From: Guillardia theta CCMP2712
Taxonomy: Eukaryota > Protista > Cryptophyta
Assembly: GCF_000315625.1 (NCBI RefSeq)
Contig: NW_005434627.1
Coordinates: 69,175 to 133,174, forward strand
Reading direction: 5' to 3'
DNA length: 64,000 nucleotides
In this document: piece by piece, positions 36,236-49,400 of the stretch
How the letters are laid out: every line of letters starts with the position of its first letter
Position numbering within the stretch: the stretch's first letter is position 1
Translations under genes and position numbers: made by a program
Notes under the pieces: model-generated
The model's database searches: none
What the model saw: only the letters and a program-made list of their open reading frames with translations
What the model was told of the DNA's origin: nothing

Positions 36236-38788
36236 CCATCTCCCAATGTCTCTTGCTCGAACCAGTCGCTTACCCACCTCCTCATAGTCCTCCAGGTCAC
36301 GCGCGATCAGGGTGGAGCACCTGAAGTCTGTCATCAGCGTCTCCTCCTCCTCCTCAGCGCACGAGCCCTGCGGCTCGGAGGATCGAGGAGGCGACGCGAG
36401 AAGCTTTCGATGGGCCGGCCCAGGTCAGGACAGGGACGTCTGCCCAAGCCATGTCGAGCACTGGAGGAGCGAACGTGAGGAGAAGGACGCGGTGGAAGCG
36501 GGTGAGGGAACAGTAGGAAGAAATTGATGGCGATTGGTAGCAGCATGGGACAAGAGCAGGCGACGAAGAGGGGAGGAGGAAGAGGAGGAGGGAAAAGGGG
36601 GGGAAGGGGACGAAGAGGAGGAATGAGAAGGGGAGGAGGAGAACGATCAACCTGTGGTATGGCCGTTGGATATCACTCTGGTATCGCACTTTTGTAGGCG
36701 AAGCGGGATGNNNNNNNNNNNNNNNNNNNNNNNNNNNNNNNNNNNNNNNNNNNNNNNNNNNNNNNNNNNNNNNNNNNNNNNNNNNNNNNNNNNNNNNNNN
36801 NNNNNNNNNNNNNNNNNNNNNNNNNNAGGGAGGGAGGGAGGGAGGGAGGGAGGGAGGAGAGGGAGGTAGGAAGGAAAAGATAGCGTGGGAGGGAGAGAAT
36901 CAAAGAGAGGAAGGGCAAGAAAGGAAGTGAAATGAAGGGAAGAAGGACGCGTTTTTATGAGACGGAGCATGAGGGAGGAGATGCAGGAGGAAGGAAGGGG
37001 TAGGTGGTGGGGCGGGAAGGAAGTAAACCTGTATCGGATGACGATGAGAACAACTCGGGGATGGCTGAGGAGTATGTTGCACCATGTGCTCCAGAGCTGT
37101 AGGAGGAGAGTCAAGGGGGACGGAGGGGAGCGAGGGAGAGAACGGAAAGAGAGGAGAGGGGAGGTGAACAAGCAAAAGCGGAGGAGACTAGAGAAGCACA
37201 GGAGGAGAAGAGGAGAAGAAAGGAGAATGAGAGGAGAGGATGAAAAGAAGCAGGGCAGAAAGGGACGGAGGGGGAGGAAAGAAGTTGAGGAGACGAGGAG
37301 GAGGAATAGAGAAGTGAAGGACGAGGGAGGAGGAGGAGCACCTCCGGGGAGATCTTGTAGTATTTGTTGAGAGCGCCGATTAAGATCGCATCCTCTGCAA
37401 TGAAATATTTCTATGAGCAAGCACGGCCCTCATCTCCTCTTCCTCTCCCCCCCGCGTCCACGTTCAGTGACCCTGCTCCTGCTCCTTCTCCTTCTCCTTC
37501 TCCTGCTCTCCACTCACTACTCAGGTTGTACTTGGAGACAAATTCTTCTCTGTGTCGAGAGAGCTGCTGAGCTAGAGGTGCATGGTCACTTGTGAGCTGA
37601 ACGAAGTCGCTCACCAGCAGCCTGAGCGAAAGTGCGAGCGTGTCTGAAAGCGGAGGGATCAGTGAATGAGGAAGAGGCGGAGAGACGGAGAGAGTAGGAA
37701 GAAGAGGGAGAAGGAAGGGAGAAAGGAGAAGAAGAGGAGGAGAGTTGATGGTGAAACAGTAATGAAGGAGCACAGGAGAAACAGGAGAGAGAGAGGAGGA
37801 GAGGAGGGGGGAGAGGAGGAGAGGAGGAGAGGAGGAGAGGAGGAGAGGAGGAGAGAGGGGAAGAGTGGAGGAGCACCCGCAGGCAAGGTAGAGGGGTTGA
37901 AGGTAGAGGATCTTCTCGTCGACGAGCCCGACGAGCTCAGGAGGGAGGGAGGTGCTGTCTGTGATGTACAGATTGTCTCCTCTCCCTCCTCCTCCTCCTG
38001 CCTCGCAGTCACCACCAGCCGCTCTCCTCCTCACCTACCGATGAAGCGATACAGTGACTGCACGCGGCATGGTCGATGGGCTACGATTCCGCTCCTCTGG
38101 TCGAGGATGTCAGAAGGAGAAGCTGAGAGAAGGAAAGAGCGAGAGGGGAGGAGAGGATAGGACAGGATTGCGAGAAGAATCTGGTAGAGGAACAGGGGCT
38201 GAGTAGGAAAGAAGACAAAGGGAGGAAGAAGATTGGGAGGAGGAAGGAGACGGGAAAGGAGAAAGTGGAGCGTGAGGAGGAGAGTCGAGAGTGAGGATGA
38301 GCAAGGAGAAGGAGGAGGAGGGAGAAGGAGGAGGAAGGAGGAGGAGGGACGAGGGGCGGTAGGACTTTGAGAGGAACCTGCTCGGGGTACCACCCGACCA
38401 GCTCAACGAGCAGGTGAGCATGGAGAGCGTTAACCAGCTGAGCGACTCCTGTCAAGTCAACACGACAACCCTGTGAGGAGCGCAGGACAGGACAATGCAG
38501 GTTGCTCGTACCAAGATCCGACTGGTGCTCAGCTGAGTGAAAGTGTTCTACCTGCTCCCTGATCCATCGCCTTCCTCCCTCCTCCCGCATGTCCCAGGCT
38601 ACACAGTGAACCTCTACCTGGCTGGTAGGATGCCTCCACCACACGTCCCTGCTTTGCCAGTCAGGAGGGTCACGGCCAGCAGACTTGAAAGCACCGCAGG
38701 AAGCCGTTCATGAGCTTGTTAGGATCGAAGGTCGCGCTCAAGTAGACCACTCTTAGCCTCCTGCCTCAGCAGCAGCCATGATCACCTT

Positions 38789-38860
<72 letters not shown>

Positions 38861-38881
38861 CCTACTCCTTCTCTTCCTGCT

Positions 38882-38952
<71 letters not shown>

Positions 38953-39676
38953 ACCCTTCCTTCCTTCCCCCCTCCTCTCACCTTGAGATTGCGAGTGGAC
39001 CTGCTCGCAGCACGGGGAACGGAAGAGACTGGTTGGAGGACTGCCGCTCGTGCTCTGCTCCCTTCACAGCAAGATGAGCATGTGCGCGAGTGATGGCCAG
39101 GATGTCTTCGGGGGGGAGAGGAAGGGACATGGCAAGGAAGGGGGAGATGGGTTTCATCCCCTTGCTGATCAGCTCCTCCGTTGTCCTCCTCAGCATGCTC
39201 ATCCTCTCCTCCTGACCCCCCCAGTCCTCGCAGATCATCTGCTTCACCTCGCACAGCCGGAAGAGACACTGAGACCAGACGGCAATGCTCTCCTCGTGCT
39301 CCAGCGCTGCCGCGTACGCCTCTCCTGCCCTCCTGTTGTCGTAGACGTGCGAGTAGGCGAGCCCCAGGTTCATGAGCGATGGCAGGGAGGGAGCGATGCT
39401 GGCGGCGCGCATGAAGTAGCCAAGGGATACATGCTCATAGCCCAGGTGTGCGGCGAGGATCCGTCCCTGCATGGACAGACACCTGGCGTCCTCAGCCTGC
39501 AACCGCAAGCATGTCCGAGCAGCACGCAGAGCGTCCGTCGTCCTCCCTCGCTGCTCGAACACCGAAGCCAAGTTCAGCCATGTCTCTGCCCTGCTCGCCA
39601 TGTATGCATCCTCCTCTGTCCCTCCGCACAGGAGCAGGAGGGCGGCGCATACCAGCCATGGGAGCGCTCGGATCAT
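35920..39676 (-). CDS. TPR-containing GT41 (O-GlcNAc/O-fucose transferase, OGT/SPINDLY-like) protein with N-terminal signal peptide
   Basis: MIRALPWLVCAALLLLCGG; TPRs (WLNLASVFEQRGRTTDAL, LMNLGLAYSHV); RLRVVYLS, HLLVELVGWY, AHRPCRVQ, YITDSTSLPPE…EKILYL, NKYYKISPE|LWSTWCNIL, NGHTT, LDMAWADVPVLT…SRVASSILRAAGL, LIARDLEDYEE. 3' end approximate; contains a gap. Confidence 0.8.
38790..38951 (+). repeat. (CTCCTG)n hexamer microsatellite in intron
   Basis: Read directly. The same unit or its reverse complement (GAGCAG) recurs at ~16115, 17006, 44398 and 58140. Confidence 0.9.
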
Positions 39677-40305
39677 TTCAGGAGGAGAGCTGGTCTACTG
39701 ACGCATCCTCCTTCACCGCGCCCCCACCTCACTCCTCTCACTTGCGGCCACTCCGTTCCTAGTCTCCTTCCCTTCCCTGCTCCCTCCCCTCTTCCCTCCC
39801 TCCTCCTCCCCCTCCCTCCCTCGCTTCCTTCTGATCTCCCTTCGTTGCCTTTCTCCCTGGATTCGGGGCGGAGGGATGAGGGCGAGGGCGCAATGGCGGT
39901 GGCAGGNNNNNNNNNNNNNNNNNNNNNNNNNNNNNNNNNNNNNNNNNNNNNNNNNNNNNNNNNNNNNNNNNNNNNNNNNNNNNNNNNNNNNNNNNNNNNN
40001 NNNNNNNNNNNNNNNNNNNNNNNNNNNNNNNNNNNNNNNNNNNNNNNNNNNNNNNNNNNNNNNNNNNNNNNNNNNNNNNNNNNNNNNNNNNNNNNNNNGG
40101 AGGAGGAGGAGGAGGAGGAGGGAGGAGGAGGAGGAGGAGGAGAGGGAGAGGGAGAGGGAGAGGAGGGAAGGATGCAAGGGATCTTGTGCTGAATGAAACA
40201 GAGAAAACTTTACTTTGACACAGGGGGGAGGAAGGAGAAGCACAAGATTACAAAACAACAAGAGTCGGCAAGGGGAGCGCGGGAGCATCGGAGGAGAGGT
40301 CGGTA

Positions 40306-41490
40306 TTACCGCCCGCTGCCATCGCCTCCTACTTGTTTCATCACCAGCCGCGGGCCCTCGGCCCTCATGGTCTGGATCCTGTTCTCGATCTTTCTGTAGA
40401 GCGCCTTCTTCAGGTTGTGCCGCCTCGAGCTGTCGGACGAGGAGGAGGAGGAGGAGGCGGCGTCCTGCGCCTCCTTCCTCTTGCTCACCATCCCCTTGCT
40501 CACCAGCCTGTCGTGTACCTTCCTCTTCACGTAGTCTCTCAGCATGCTCGAGGTGGCCGACTTCTTCCCTTTGGATGCCGAGGGCGGACTAGCGAGGTTG
40601 GGGATGCTGTCAAGGGTAGGGGACACGTCCTTCGACTGGGAGATGAACTTGTGCAGCAATCGCACGTCGTCAGCTGTCTCCATCGCCATCAGCCCATCCA
40701 TCAGCAGCTGCGTGTCCCTGTCCTTGATCCACTCCAGCTCGTTCTCATGCGTCTGCCAGCACAGCAGTCAGCAAGCAAGCAGCGGCGATGCTCACATACC
40801 TCAGAAACGCACAGCCGCACGTCGTCGCCGTTGTGGCGAAATGCATGCCTCAGGGTTCCCTCGCCGATCTCGTCCGTGGATCTTCACAGACAATCACAAC
40901 GGGTTGAGCGCAACATGTGCAAAGATGGGAAAGATCTGCAACTCCGCTACTGCTTGCTGCCTTGAAACTCGCCTCCACAAATGTCCACCAATTTCTATAC
41001 CAGCTCAAACTGTATCCTGATTCATCTCTACTCTGGATCCCACTTTGCTTTTGCTGCAGACATATCGAAACATATCCTTGACAGCAGAAGAACACGTTCT
41101 ACATGCTGATAGGAGATGGTCTTGCCGCGCTATCTCAGCGCACAATCACCGCAGCCTCTGCACGCTTCCACATTGCATCTAGCAGCAAGAGGTACAGACA
41201 CCAACATCACACCTCCAAGTATCATCCTGTATGCACACCATGGTCCATGATAGAATCCTTCCATGCATAATCACACATGGATCCCAACGGCGCCCCTTCC
41301 TACCCACTACCTTCCAGCTTCATCGGTACCGAATCGTTTCCAACAAACCAACATCTCCCCTCCTGGAGGAATCTCTAGCTCGCATATCAATCTCTCAGAG
41401 CTCATGCAGGCACTTCTACATAGTCCTCCTTCCTCGCTTCTCTCACCTTAGTGGACATCTCGCCGCTCCCCCCGTCGCTCCTTCCTGGCA
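40306..41490 (-). CDS. Hypothetical multi-exon protein
   Basis: Last exon …ELEWIKDRDTQLLMDGLMAMETADDVRLLHKFISQSK…; upstream short exons with GT-AG boundaries; start uncertain. Confidence 0.5.
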
Positions 41491-42126
41491 TAGTCGCACG
41501 ACCACCATGGTGTCCAGTCTTGCTGCAGGTCCTCCCGGCTCCTACCCCACCCTCCGCACCCTTCACAAGCTCACATTACCCCCACCTACTATATCGCCAT
41601 CAAATACCCCACATGTTTTCATGACCCTGAGGACCCCGATCGTCTATCACCCCTACTGTGTTTGTACCCACAAGCCACCTCACCCCACCCTCCTCAGTCC
41701 TTCAACCACCCCCTCAGTCCCCACAACAAACCCCACCCACCGTTGGAATTCACCCAGTTGGATTGTACAGTACCCTACCCCCTCAGCCCGCACCGGTCGA
41801 TCGTGAACACGTGAAGGAGTGGACTTAAGGGGGTAGGGGTAGTAGCCTAGGGTGTGACGGGGGTCATCATCAGCCTGAGTTGAGGTGGTGAAATTTTTTT
41901 GGAAGTTCAATGTAAAAATTGAAACCATAATTCCGAAGTGCGATATTGCATCTTTGATCAGGGGTACTTATCCAACAAGTTGAGCTTAAAAGGTAGGGTA
42001 GGGTGATAAACCTGATTCGAAATTTGTACAGAAAAGGCAGCTAAATCCCAAGGTAGTCGACAAATTGCTGCCTTCGCATTATGCCATGCACGTCAGTTGA
42101 AGCTATGCGAGAAACAGGGAAAAATG

Positions 42127-42333
42127 CAGTCAGTCAGTCAGTCAGTCAGTCAGTCAGTCAGTCAGTCAGTCAGTCAGTCAGTCAGTCAGTCAGTCAGTCA
42201 GTCAGTCAGTCAGTCAGTCAGTCAGTCAGTCAGTCAGTCAGTCAGTCAGTCAGTCAGTCAGTCAGTCAGTCAGTCAGTCAGTCAGTCAGTCAGTCAGTCA
42301 GTCAGTCAGTCAGTCAGTCAGTCAGTCAGTCAG
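42127..42333 (+). repeat. Perfect (CAGT)~52 tetranucleotide microsatellite
   Basis: 207 bp uninterrupted, followed by degenerate GCAA/GGAA units. Confidence 0.98.
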
Positions 42334-42510
42334 AAAGGAAGCAAGCAAGGAAGCAAGCCAGGAAGGCAGGAAGGAAGGCAGTCAAATGGGCGTTTGGAAA
42401 AGCCCATCAAGGCATGGCCGGGTAGAGCTAGCTTGTCGATGCTGTGTGCACATGTAGTTGTTCTTGTTGTCACGAGCATCCGTTGAGATCAGGATTGTCT
42501 TGGAGCTGTT

Positions 42511-43607
42511 ATGACGATGTATCGAGGCAAAACCCCACGTCCCGACGAGATGGTAGTTTACTTGTTCTCTTGATCCAACATGGTTGATCAGAACTCTGCA
42601 TGACAGGAGAGCGAGGGGCTCGACCGGACGGAGTTGGAAAGCATCAAACGAGTGAGCAGGCTGGAGGACATGCAGAGGTGAGGGTAATGGCTGGCAGGTG
42701 TTTGAGCGCCTCGATCGCAAGAACGACGGGAAGATCGACAAGCAGGAGATCGCGAAGCAGTTTGAAGTGCTTGGTTGCGATACCTGCCGCACGGTGAGCT
42801 TGAGAGCTGACAGGTGGTTGTAGGATACAAACCCAAGAAGTCAACAGACTACGGTACATCTGAAGTCGAAGACATGATATGGGAGGTCGGGACACTCTAG
42901 ATGTCAGAATGCTCAGCTGAGTAGTTGCCAGGTGGACGATGACTGCGACGGGATGATCGACTGGGAGAACTTTGTGCGGCTCTACGTGCGATGTCGACGT
43001 GACAAGACCGGGCAAGAGCGGCAGCATGTGGAGGCAGCGAGCTGACAGAGCGCGAGCAGATGCGAGCCGAAGCGCCTGTTCAACCTCATTGAATTTATGA
43101 TCAACGACAAGGTCGACTTGTCCTGCTCCTCTAGCTCTGACATGTCACGGGTTCGGTCGGCAGGACGGAGGAGGCACAATCAACGAGGACGAGATCATGG
43201 AGTACTCGTGCTAGTTGCTCGCTCGTGCTTTCTGACTTGCAAGCAGAGTCTTGTACCATCGATACGGGAAGGAAGCCATGACAAGGATGACAGAGGAGGT
43301 GTTATGCGGCGCTCCCCGGCAAGTTGTGACCTGAGCTCTATGGCCAGGTGTTCAAGCATGACAGAGATGGCGACAAGGAGCTTGATTTCCAGGTGCTTGT
43401 GGATGTTCATGGCGTTGTGAGGTGAAATGGGCTGAACTCTTGCTTGCAAGGATTTCTTGAAGATTGTGAATGCGGGAATGAACAACCAGGTAAGGGACTT
43501 GCTGCTTGTGCATGATTTGATCGCTGCTGCAGCCTGGTGAGAAAGAAGTCAAGACGACAGATAACGTCAGGAGGAAGGGAGGAGGAAGAGGAGGCCATAC
43601 AAGATGA
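42511..43607 (+). CDS. Four-EF-hand calmodulin/centrin-like protein, ~11 exons
   Basis: Spliced: VFERLDRKNDGKIDKQE…EVEDMIWEVDDDCDGMIDWENF…CRRDKTG|CEPKRLFNLIEFMINDK|DGGGTINEDE…DRDGDKELDFQDF. One GC-AG intron (43012-43059). Confidence 0.9.
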
Positions 43608-43890
43608 AGGAAGGAGATGAAAGGAAGGGGAAGATCGAAGGCATGTGAGATTGAAGGTGTGATTGTAAGTAGTTGAAGGAACGCCGTAGCTGGCGGACTT
43701 GATGTTATGTCGGTTGTATGAAAATGAAGCTCAGAAGTTGATACTTGTTCCCCTCACAACCTCGTGAGATGGATTCTGTGTGATGCTGATTGTGCCGGTC
43801 GTGCTACATGAGCAGAGTTTATCAACAACGCTCTTGGATCGGACAAGCTACAGGGCAGGAGGACGACGGTGAAGGAGAGGGACGGCTGGT

Positions 43891-44098
43891 TTAGACAGTG
43901 ATGCTCCTCCATATCTCGTTGGCTGAGGTGGAAACAAGTCACATCCTCCTCCTCCTCCGTCCCCCTCCCTCATCCCCTCTCCTTCACTACTCCACTCCAC
44001 TCTTCCATTCTCTGTCTCCTTCGTCTTCCCTTTCCTCCTTGTACATGTTCGCGTGTTCCCAGCGCATCCTCAACCACCGCCACCTCTTCCTTGCCCTT

Positions 44099-44134
<36 letters not shown>

Positions 44135-44395
44135 CAACCGACTCCTCCTCTCACCTCCGATGCAAGATCCAACAAATCCCGCCATGCCTGCTCCCACTGG
44201 CCTATGTTGATCGTCAGTCTCCTCAGCCTCTCATGCTGTATGAGCCCACCCAATGGCGTCCCGCCCCCAGTCCGTCACGTTGAAGAGAGCGACAGGCACG
44301 TTCGTCATCTCCACCATCAGCTGCGCCTGCACCAAGGCAAATCAACTCCTCCCACTGCTTCCTCCTCCTTCTATCCCTTTTCCTCTTCCCACCCA

Positions 44396-44435
<40 letters not shown>

Positions 44436-45590
44436 TCTCCTGCTCCTGCTCCTTCTCCTGCACCTGCACCTGCACCTGCACCTGCACCTGCACCTGCACC
44501 TGCACCTGCACCTGCACCTGCACCTGCTCCTGCTTTCCCTTCGCCTCTTCCTGAGCGATTTCCTTGACTCCTCATTCTCTTCCTCTCTAGACAAGAACCA
44601 CACGCAACTCAACCTGCAGCTTGCGACGAGAGGCAAGGAGCGACGCCCAGCGCTTGGCGTCAGGCTAGCAAGAGGATGTGAGCGAGTCAAGGAGCCCAGC
44701 GGCACCGTAGAACTGACTTGAGCTCCGTCCTTCTGCGCTGCTTCTCGTGCCTTCTTGATAGCCTGCGGGGTCGCGGGGTCAGCTGAAGGAGAGCTGGAGG
44801 GACGAGAGGACGAGCCTGTATGGTCTTGTTGAGGGCGATGAGGATGAGCGCTATGCTCAACACGCACTTGATGCACCACACCTGATAGCGAAGCTTCTTG
44901 ATCTAGCAGGGAGCAGGTCGAGGAGGGTTACAGATTGGCAGCACAAGGGTCATGCTACCTTGTCCGTCTTGTAAGGAAGCAGCTCGAAGATTGACAACAA
45001 CTCTATCATGTCCTGTCATGCAGCCATCACGAGCGTCCCAGTGATCCCTTCCTCCCGACCAGAAAATAATACATCCCGTTAGACGCGTGCATACACAGCT
45101 TCATCGTCCTTGGGATCCCCACCTGCCGCCTCCTCTTTGAGCGCTGGAGGAGCAACAAACCTCCCTCACCTCTTGCGTGTTGATCATCGCGTCGATCTCT
45201 CGGAGCGTCACGCCGAAGCGAAAGCATTTCCTCGCGACCCCGACGCCAGACTGCTCGCACCCTCACCATCAGTCTTCCCTCCCACGACGCTGGAGCCACA
45301 ACCTTCACTTTCACCACTTTGGGCGCCCACGCTTCCAACGCTGCTCGAGTGCCGTCAGTCTGCCATGCGCGCGTCACCAGCCTCCTCTCAGCCCACCTGC
45401 CTTGCCCGAGTTTGACAGCAGCCACTTCACCACATCGCTGCATCCCGGTCAAGTCTCTCGCATGAGCCTGTCACTCACGAACCTCCCGTAGGCTACTGCT
45501 CGGCAGAGCTTGTCCCTGCAAGGCGCCAGCCCTCAGCCGTCGCGATCTCAGCATGGCACCCGCCACCCACCTCGCTTCTGTCTTGGACAT
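43891..45590 (-). CDS. PEX11: Peroxisomal biogenesis factor 11 family protein
   Basis: Spliced: RDKLCRAVAYGS (PEX11 'RDKxxRxxQY' motif), GVARKCFRFG, hydrophobic VWCIKCVLSIALILIAL, C-terminal GAGMAGFVGSCIG…EIWRSITV*. Confidence 0.7.
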
Positions 45591-46461
45591 GTACGCCACC
45601 ATCTTGGCGTTGAGTTGGACCAGGTCACTGTCGAGAGGCATGGCAGGCAAACTTGTGCTCCGCTTATCCCTGAATCATCTTCAGATCAATCAATTCATCT
45701 CCGTACATCTATCATCGTCAACAGTTTCCATTCGTTCAACAGTCAACAGTTTCCATTCCAGTTTCCATTTCCATTCGCTCAAACTCATTGAGGTTGAATC
45801 AGGATGTTCGATTTGTGAGCCAGATCACGCTACAACAACGATCTGCCCTTCAAGCTCCGTGCTGCTTCTTTCATAAAAATCATAATAACAATCGCATCCT
45901 CTAAGACATTCTCTCTCTCTCCCTCCCTCTCTCCCTCTCTATCCATCCCTCTGCTTCTCTCCTCCTCCACCCCTCATCTCTCCTCCTCCTCTACTTCCAT
46001 GCCCTCGCCATCCCTGCCTTCCATGACCCCCGGCCTCCCACAACCCCCACCCCCACGAATTCCTCTCCAGTACCCCACTCTTTGACTCTATTTTTTACTA
46101 CCCCTACCCTTACCAGGTACTTTTTTGCAAGGACGGAGGGGATGGGGGTCTCTTATTCCAATTGCAGTTGACGTGATTCAAATTGATTTCGTGCGGCAAA
46201 AACACGCCAATCCATCAAGTTGGGATAAGGCTTCTTCCTGACTGGAGGCCCTCATCCCCACTCGTTCAAATTTGGTTTCCGAAGAGCGCGGGAACATGTC
46301 GAATGGCAGTTTGCCCGTACGATGGGCCTCCCCCCGCCCCTCCCCCGCCCGCTCCCGCTCCTCCTCCTCTTCACAGCCATCCTGCTCTAGACCTGAGAAC
46401 TGACCCTCTTGTTCCTGAGCTGTCCTCCTGGGCTCTCCCCTAGGCTCTGAAGGACGGTAAG

Positions 46462-49400
46462 ATGCAATCGCTGCTTTCGCCAACCAAGGTGTGTTGGAGA
46501 GTGAGTTGCGAGCCGAGGACTGACTGTGTTGCAAGGAAAAGCAGAGGAAGCAGATCGAGAAGGGGAAGAAGATTCTTGAGCGGTACAGGAACCGAAAGTC
46601 AGCCAATGCCAACATTGTACCTTACCACGACAAGGAGAATATTCCGAATCAATGCAGCACAGTGACCAACTCGCCCAGGATTGATCGACCCCAGCAGACC
46701 AACAACAAGCAACCTCTGGGGCTTGTCTGGCAAGTGAACAGAGTAGACAGTGAGGCTCTGTCCGACAAGAACAACAGCAAGGCAGCGAATCCGGCTCCAC
46801 GTGACCCCGTGCTGCTGTTGGAGAAAATTACTAACCTCGAGCAGAATTGCGATTCCCTGCAGAGATGCATTGAAAGCATTCTGGCAGCACAGATCCATCG
46901 CAGTCAGACGAACGCTCTAGATCAAGTAGAGAGAGATAAGCTGCTACAGCGTATCCAGGAGGCAACGGAACAGAACCGTTTGTTGGAGGCAAGGTGCAAG
47001 AACCTAGAGGATAATGAGGGGTCGAAGTCACAGCAACTCGTCGAGTTTGAAGCACAGCTGAAGATTGAGCGAAATCGAGCCGCAGCTCTGGAAGAAGAGT
47101 TGAACTCGAACAGGATCTTAGACGAATCGTTGAAGGTGAGCAATGAAGAAATGGAATTCAAGGAAAACCAACTGAAAGACGAGCTACAATACATCAGCAT
47201 TGAGTACGAGAAACTTCTGAAGTATTGTGAAGCCGTCACGTTCGAAAGAGATGATCTCTACAGAAAATTTCGGGACTACACTTTCGAAAAAGATCTTGAA
47301 ATCAGAACGCTGCATGAGGACATGTTGGAGCTACAAGAAAACAAGCGCTCGCTACTAGAGAGGTGCTCCTTCCTCGAAGATCAAAACCTGGCTTTCGAAC
47401 AACTGCGGGACGCTTGGACGCAAGAACAGGGGAAGATGGAGCTTGAACGATCCCATTTAGAGCTCGAAGCAAGAGAGGAGGTGCAACGATTAAGGGCGCT
47501 GTGCGATGAGTTGGAGGTGGAAAAAGAGAAGCTCGACCAGGAACACAGGGAAGCACAGAGAGCGAAGGAGCTGTTGCAAGCACAACTCCATCAGCGAGGC
47601 AGTGAGGCTCAGGAGTCAATGGTTGAGTTGAATGAGCACAAGGCAGATTTCGAGTTCCGATTGAAGGAACAAGATCAGATGCACAGAGAGATTTCAGGGC
47701 ACCTTCAGCTACTTGCTAAGGTAATGAGTGATTCTTCCTGTTTGAAATTGACACGTTGGTAAGGAAAAGACACAATTACAACGAACAGTGATGGAGCAAC
47801 AGCGAACTTTGATGGTTTACCAAAATTTGCTTGAAGATTGCCGAGCCAGAGCTTTGGATGTTCAAAGTCTCCTAACTGACGTTCCTGACATGAAGGACAT
47901 CGCAAAAGATTTCAGAAACATGTCTATGATTGTACAGACTCTTCAGCAAGAGCTTATAACTCTAAGAGAAGAAAACGGTCAACTGTCTGAAAGGCAAGAA
48001 AATGTCAACGCTATCGCAAGTTCGACTGCAGACGCTGCGTCGCAGTGCCGTGCTGACAGTCAAGATCATGGCTCTAGAGACAGAGACCTTCTCCCTCCCT
48101 CAATGGTACAAGAATTTTCGGCAATGATGGAAGATATGAAGTCTCTCAGCCGCGAGTTGTCGAGATGGAAGGAGGAACAATGTCAAACTTATCCATCGCA
48201 CGCAGCTGTCGAGTACCCGACCGACCAGGCTCTCGTGGCTGATCTCATCTCGCAACCCAAGTGTGAGTTACTTGACCTGCTCTCGGATATCCTCCATCTC
48301 CGAAGAGAGGTGTCCGCCTTCAATATGCTGCAGATTGACTGGGGCTACATCAAGAAGAATTGCTCGGAGGGCTCCAGCGGACTCGATGATGCTAGGAAGG
48401 AGATTTTGGCACTGAGAAATAGATTCAGCGATGAGAAACGAGCTGTGGGACCCCAGTTCTATCCCGTTGGCAAAGACTTGATCTTAGAGTTCTCGAACTG
48501 TGTCGAATCTGCGCAGGAGATCGTTGGAGCTCTGAGCCATGGAATTGACAAGACAGGAGGACACTATCAAGGCAGGCAAGGGGGCAATGAGAGTTCGACG
48601 GCAGATGCCGAGAGATCAATCGCTGTTGGTATGGCCGAGTGTGAAACAAGGTGCGATGAGATCTGCAACGTCATCGTCTCGCTGCGCAATCAGCTGGAAG
48701 TGCGATGGCCCGAGAACCACAACTTGCGCAAGAACTTTGAGACAGTCCTCCTGGAGAATTCAGAGTTGAGGTCCTTGTTGATGCAGGTTAAATTTGGATG
48801 TCCTTCAAGGTTCGGTCTTCTGACTCTTGTGCTAGTTGATCGTGCAATGTGAAAGAATGGTGAGGATTCAAAGTTTTGAAACGACAACCTTCCTCGACGA
48901 CAGGAGATATCCGAGTGACACACCTTTAGACCCAAGTTTGGCAGATATGGGCAGTGGTAGAAGCAAGCTCGTAGAGCTGAAGGGCCTACTAGAGAGTTAC
49001 TCGAGCGTGAACAACTCTCTGAGGTACAGGCTAGAAGCTCTGGACGATGCGGGCTCGGGAGAGAGGCGAGGAGGCGTGTCACAGTACCATTTGCAGAAAG
49101 AACAGGTGATTCAAGTTGTTCAATCGGTCTCAAAGAAGCTCGACGAGATATCATCGCAATACAACGAAAAAGAGCAACAGTTCTTTGTGATGTGAGGCCC
49201 TTGCGATGTTTTCGATCGTCGTCTGATTGCTTCCATTGCAGTTGTGAAGCTTGTAAGGAACTGATGGATATCAGCGTTCAGTATGCGAAGGAGAGCGCCG
49301 AAGCAGTGCGATGTCTTTCCCTCATGGAAGACAAAACTTGCCAACTTGAAGGGTGGTTGAATCACATTGACAAGAGGAATCAGGTCTAAAGAGCAGAGAG

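Noticed and set aside
42081-42486. (SQSV)n ORFs
   Set aside because: Translations of the (CAGT)n microsatellite.
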